Origin: a virus
Taxonomy: Duplodnaviria > Heunggongvirae > Uroviricota > Caudoviricetes
Length of the DNA stretch: 64,000 bases
Direction: 5' to 3' (one strand)
Virus record (IMG/VR): IMGVR_UViG_3300047274_000273
Location: 55,217 to 119,216 of that record
Under the pieces are notes generated by a model. That model made no database searches. It saw nothing but the letters and a program-made list of their open reading frames with translations, and was not told where the DNA came from. Position 1 is the stretch's first letter, and each line of letters begins with the position of its first letter. This document shows, piece after piece, positions 63,984 to 64,000 of this stretch. A program made the translations under genes and the position numbers.

Positions 63984-64000
63984 TCGATGTGTATCTAAAT

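Noticed and set aside
1-64000. Possibility that the window is a bacterial chromosome segment, given the housekeeping-like genes (clpP, dnaK, rpsU, guaC, nrdAB, ahpCD, ssrA)
   Set aside because: dnaK lacks dnaJ/grpE and clpP lacks clpX. Genes are almost all on one strand with ATGA/TAATG overlaps and many short ORFans. PAAR, a beta-helix fiber, nucleases, a SleB lysin with holin, perfect consensus promoters and intrinsic terminators after single genes fit a large phage better. It could still be a prophage.
1-64000. CRISPR arrays, IS elements, integrase or transposase genes
   Set aside because: No direct-repeat/spacer periodicity and no recombinase or transposase-like ORFs seen in this window.

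Overview
The window reads as a stretch of a large bacteriophage genome, not a bacterial chromosome. Reasons: almost all genes sit on one strand with ATGA/TAATG start-stop overlaps; there are many small ORFans; a PAAR spike-tip protein, a beta-helix fiber, nucleases, a SleB-type lysin with a holin and an RNR nrdA-nrdB-grx block are present; and dnaK lacks dnaJ/grpE while clpP lacks clpX. Shine-Dalgarno sites, several consensus sigma70 promoters and rho-independent terminators show a bacterial host. A permuted two-piece tmRNA, an alphaproteobacterial-type ALA synthase and a SleB lysin hint at an alphaproteobacterial, probably marine, host. The segment is unusually rich in auxiliary genes: (1) a tetrapyrrole module of 5-aminolevulinate synthase plus heme oxygenase plus a ferredoxin-dependent bilin reductase; (2) an ADP-heptose pathway (cupin, GmhB-like phosphatase, split and reordered HldE domains, HldD) next to LpxH-like, GT4, class II aldolase and fatty-acid desaturase genes; (3) a proteostasis set of ClpP, DnaK, Hsp20, ClpS, ribosomal S21 and tmRNA, with dnaK and hsp20 sharing a conserved promoter and leader; (4) AhpC-AhpD; (5) GMP reductase and class Ia RNR with glutaredoxin; (6) an orphan pqqA precursor-peptide gene; (7) a CHASE2-sensor class III nucleotide cyclase; (8) a curli-like amyloid secretion cluster (CsgF-like, CsgG-like lipoprotein fused to SH3b, curlin-repeat proteins including a 643-aa discoidin-curlin fusion, and a FecR-domain protein). 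RNA genes: a tRNA with anticodon CUA (candidate amber suppressor), a degenerate tRNA-Gly(UCC)-like element inside a CDS 3' end, and the two-piece tmRNA. Three proteins share an N-terminal MRFFEF/MRAFEF motif with conserved nucleotides, which may be a targeting or processing signal. All functional calls rest on motifs read by eye from the translations; no database search was run.
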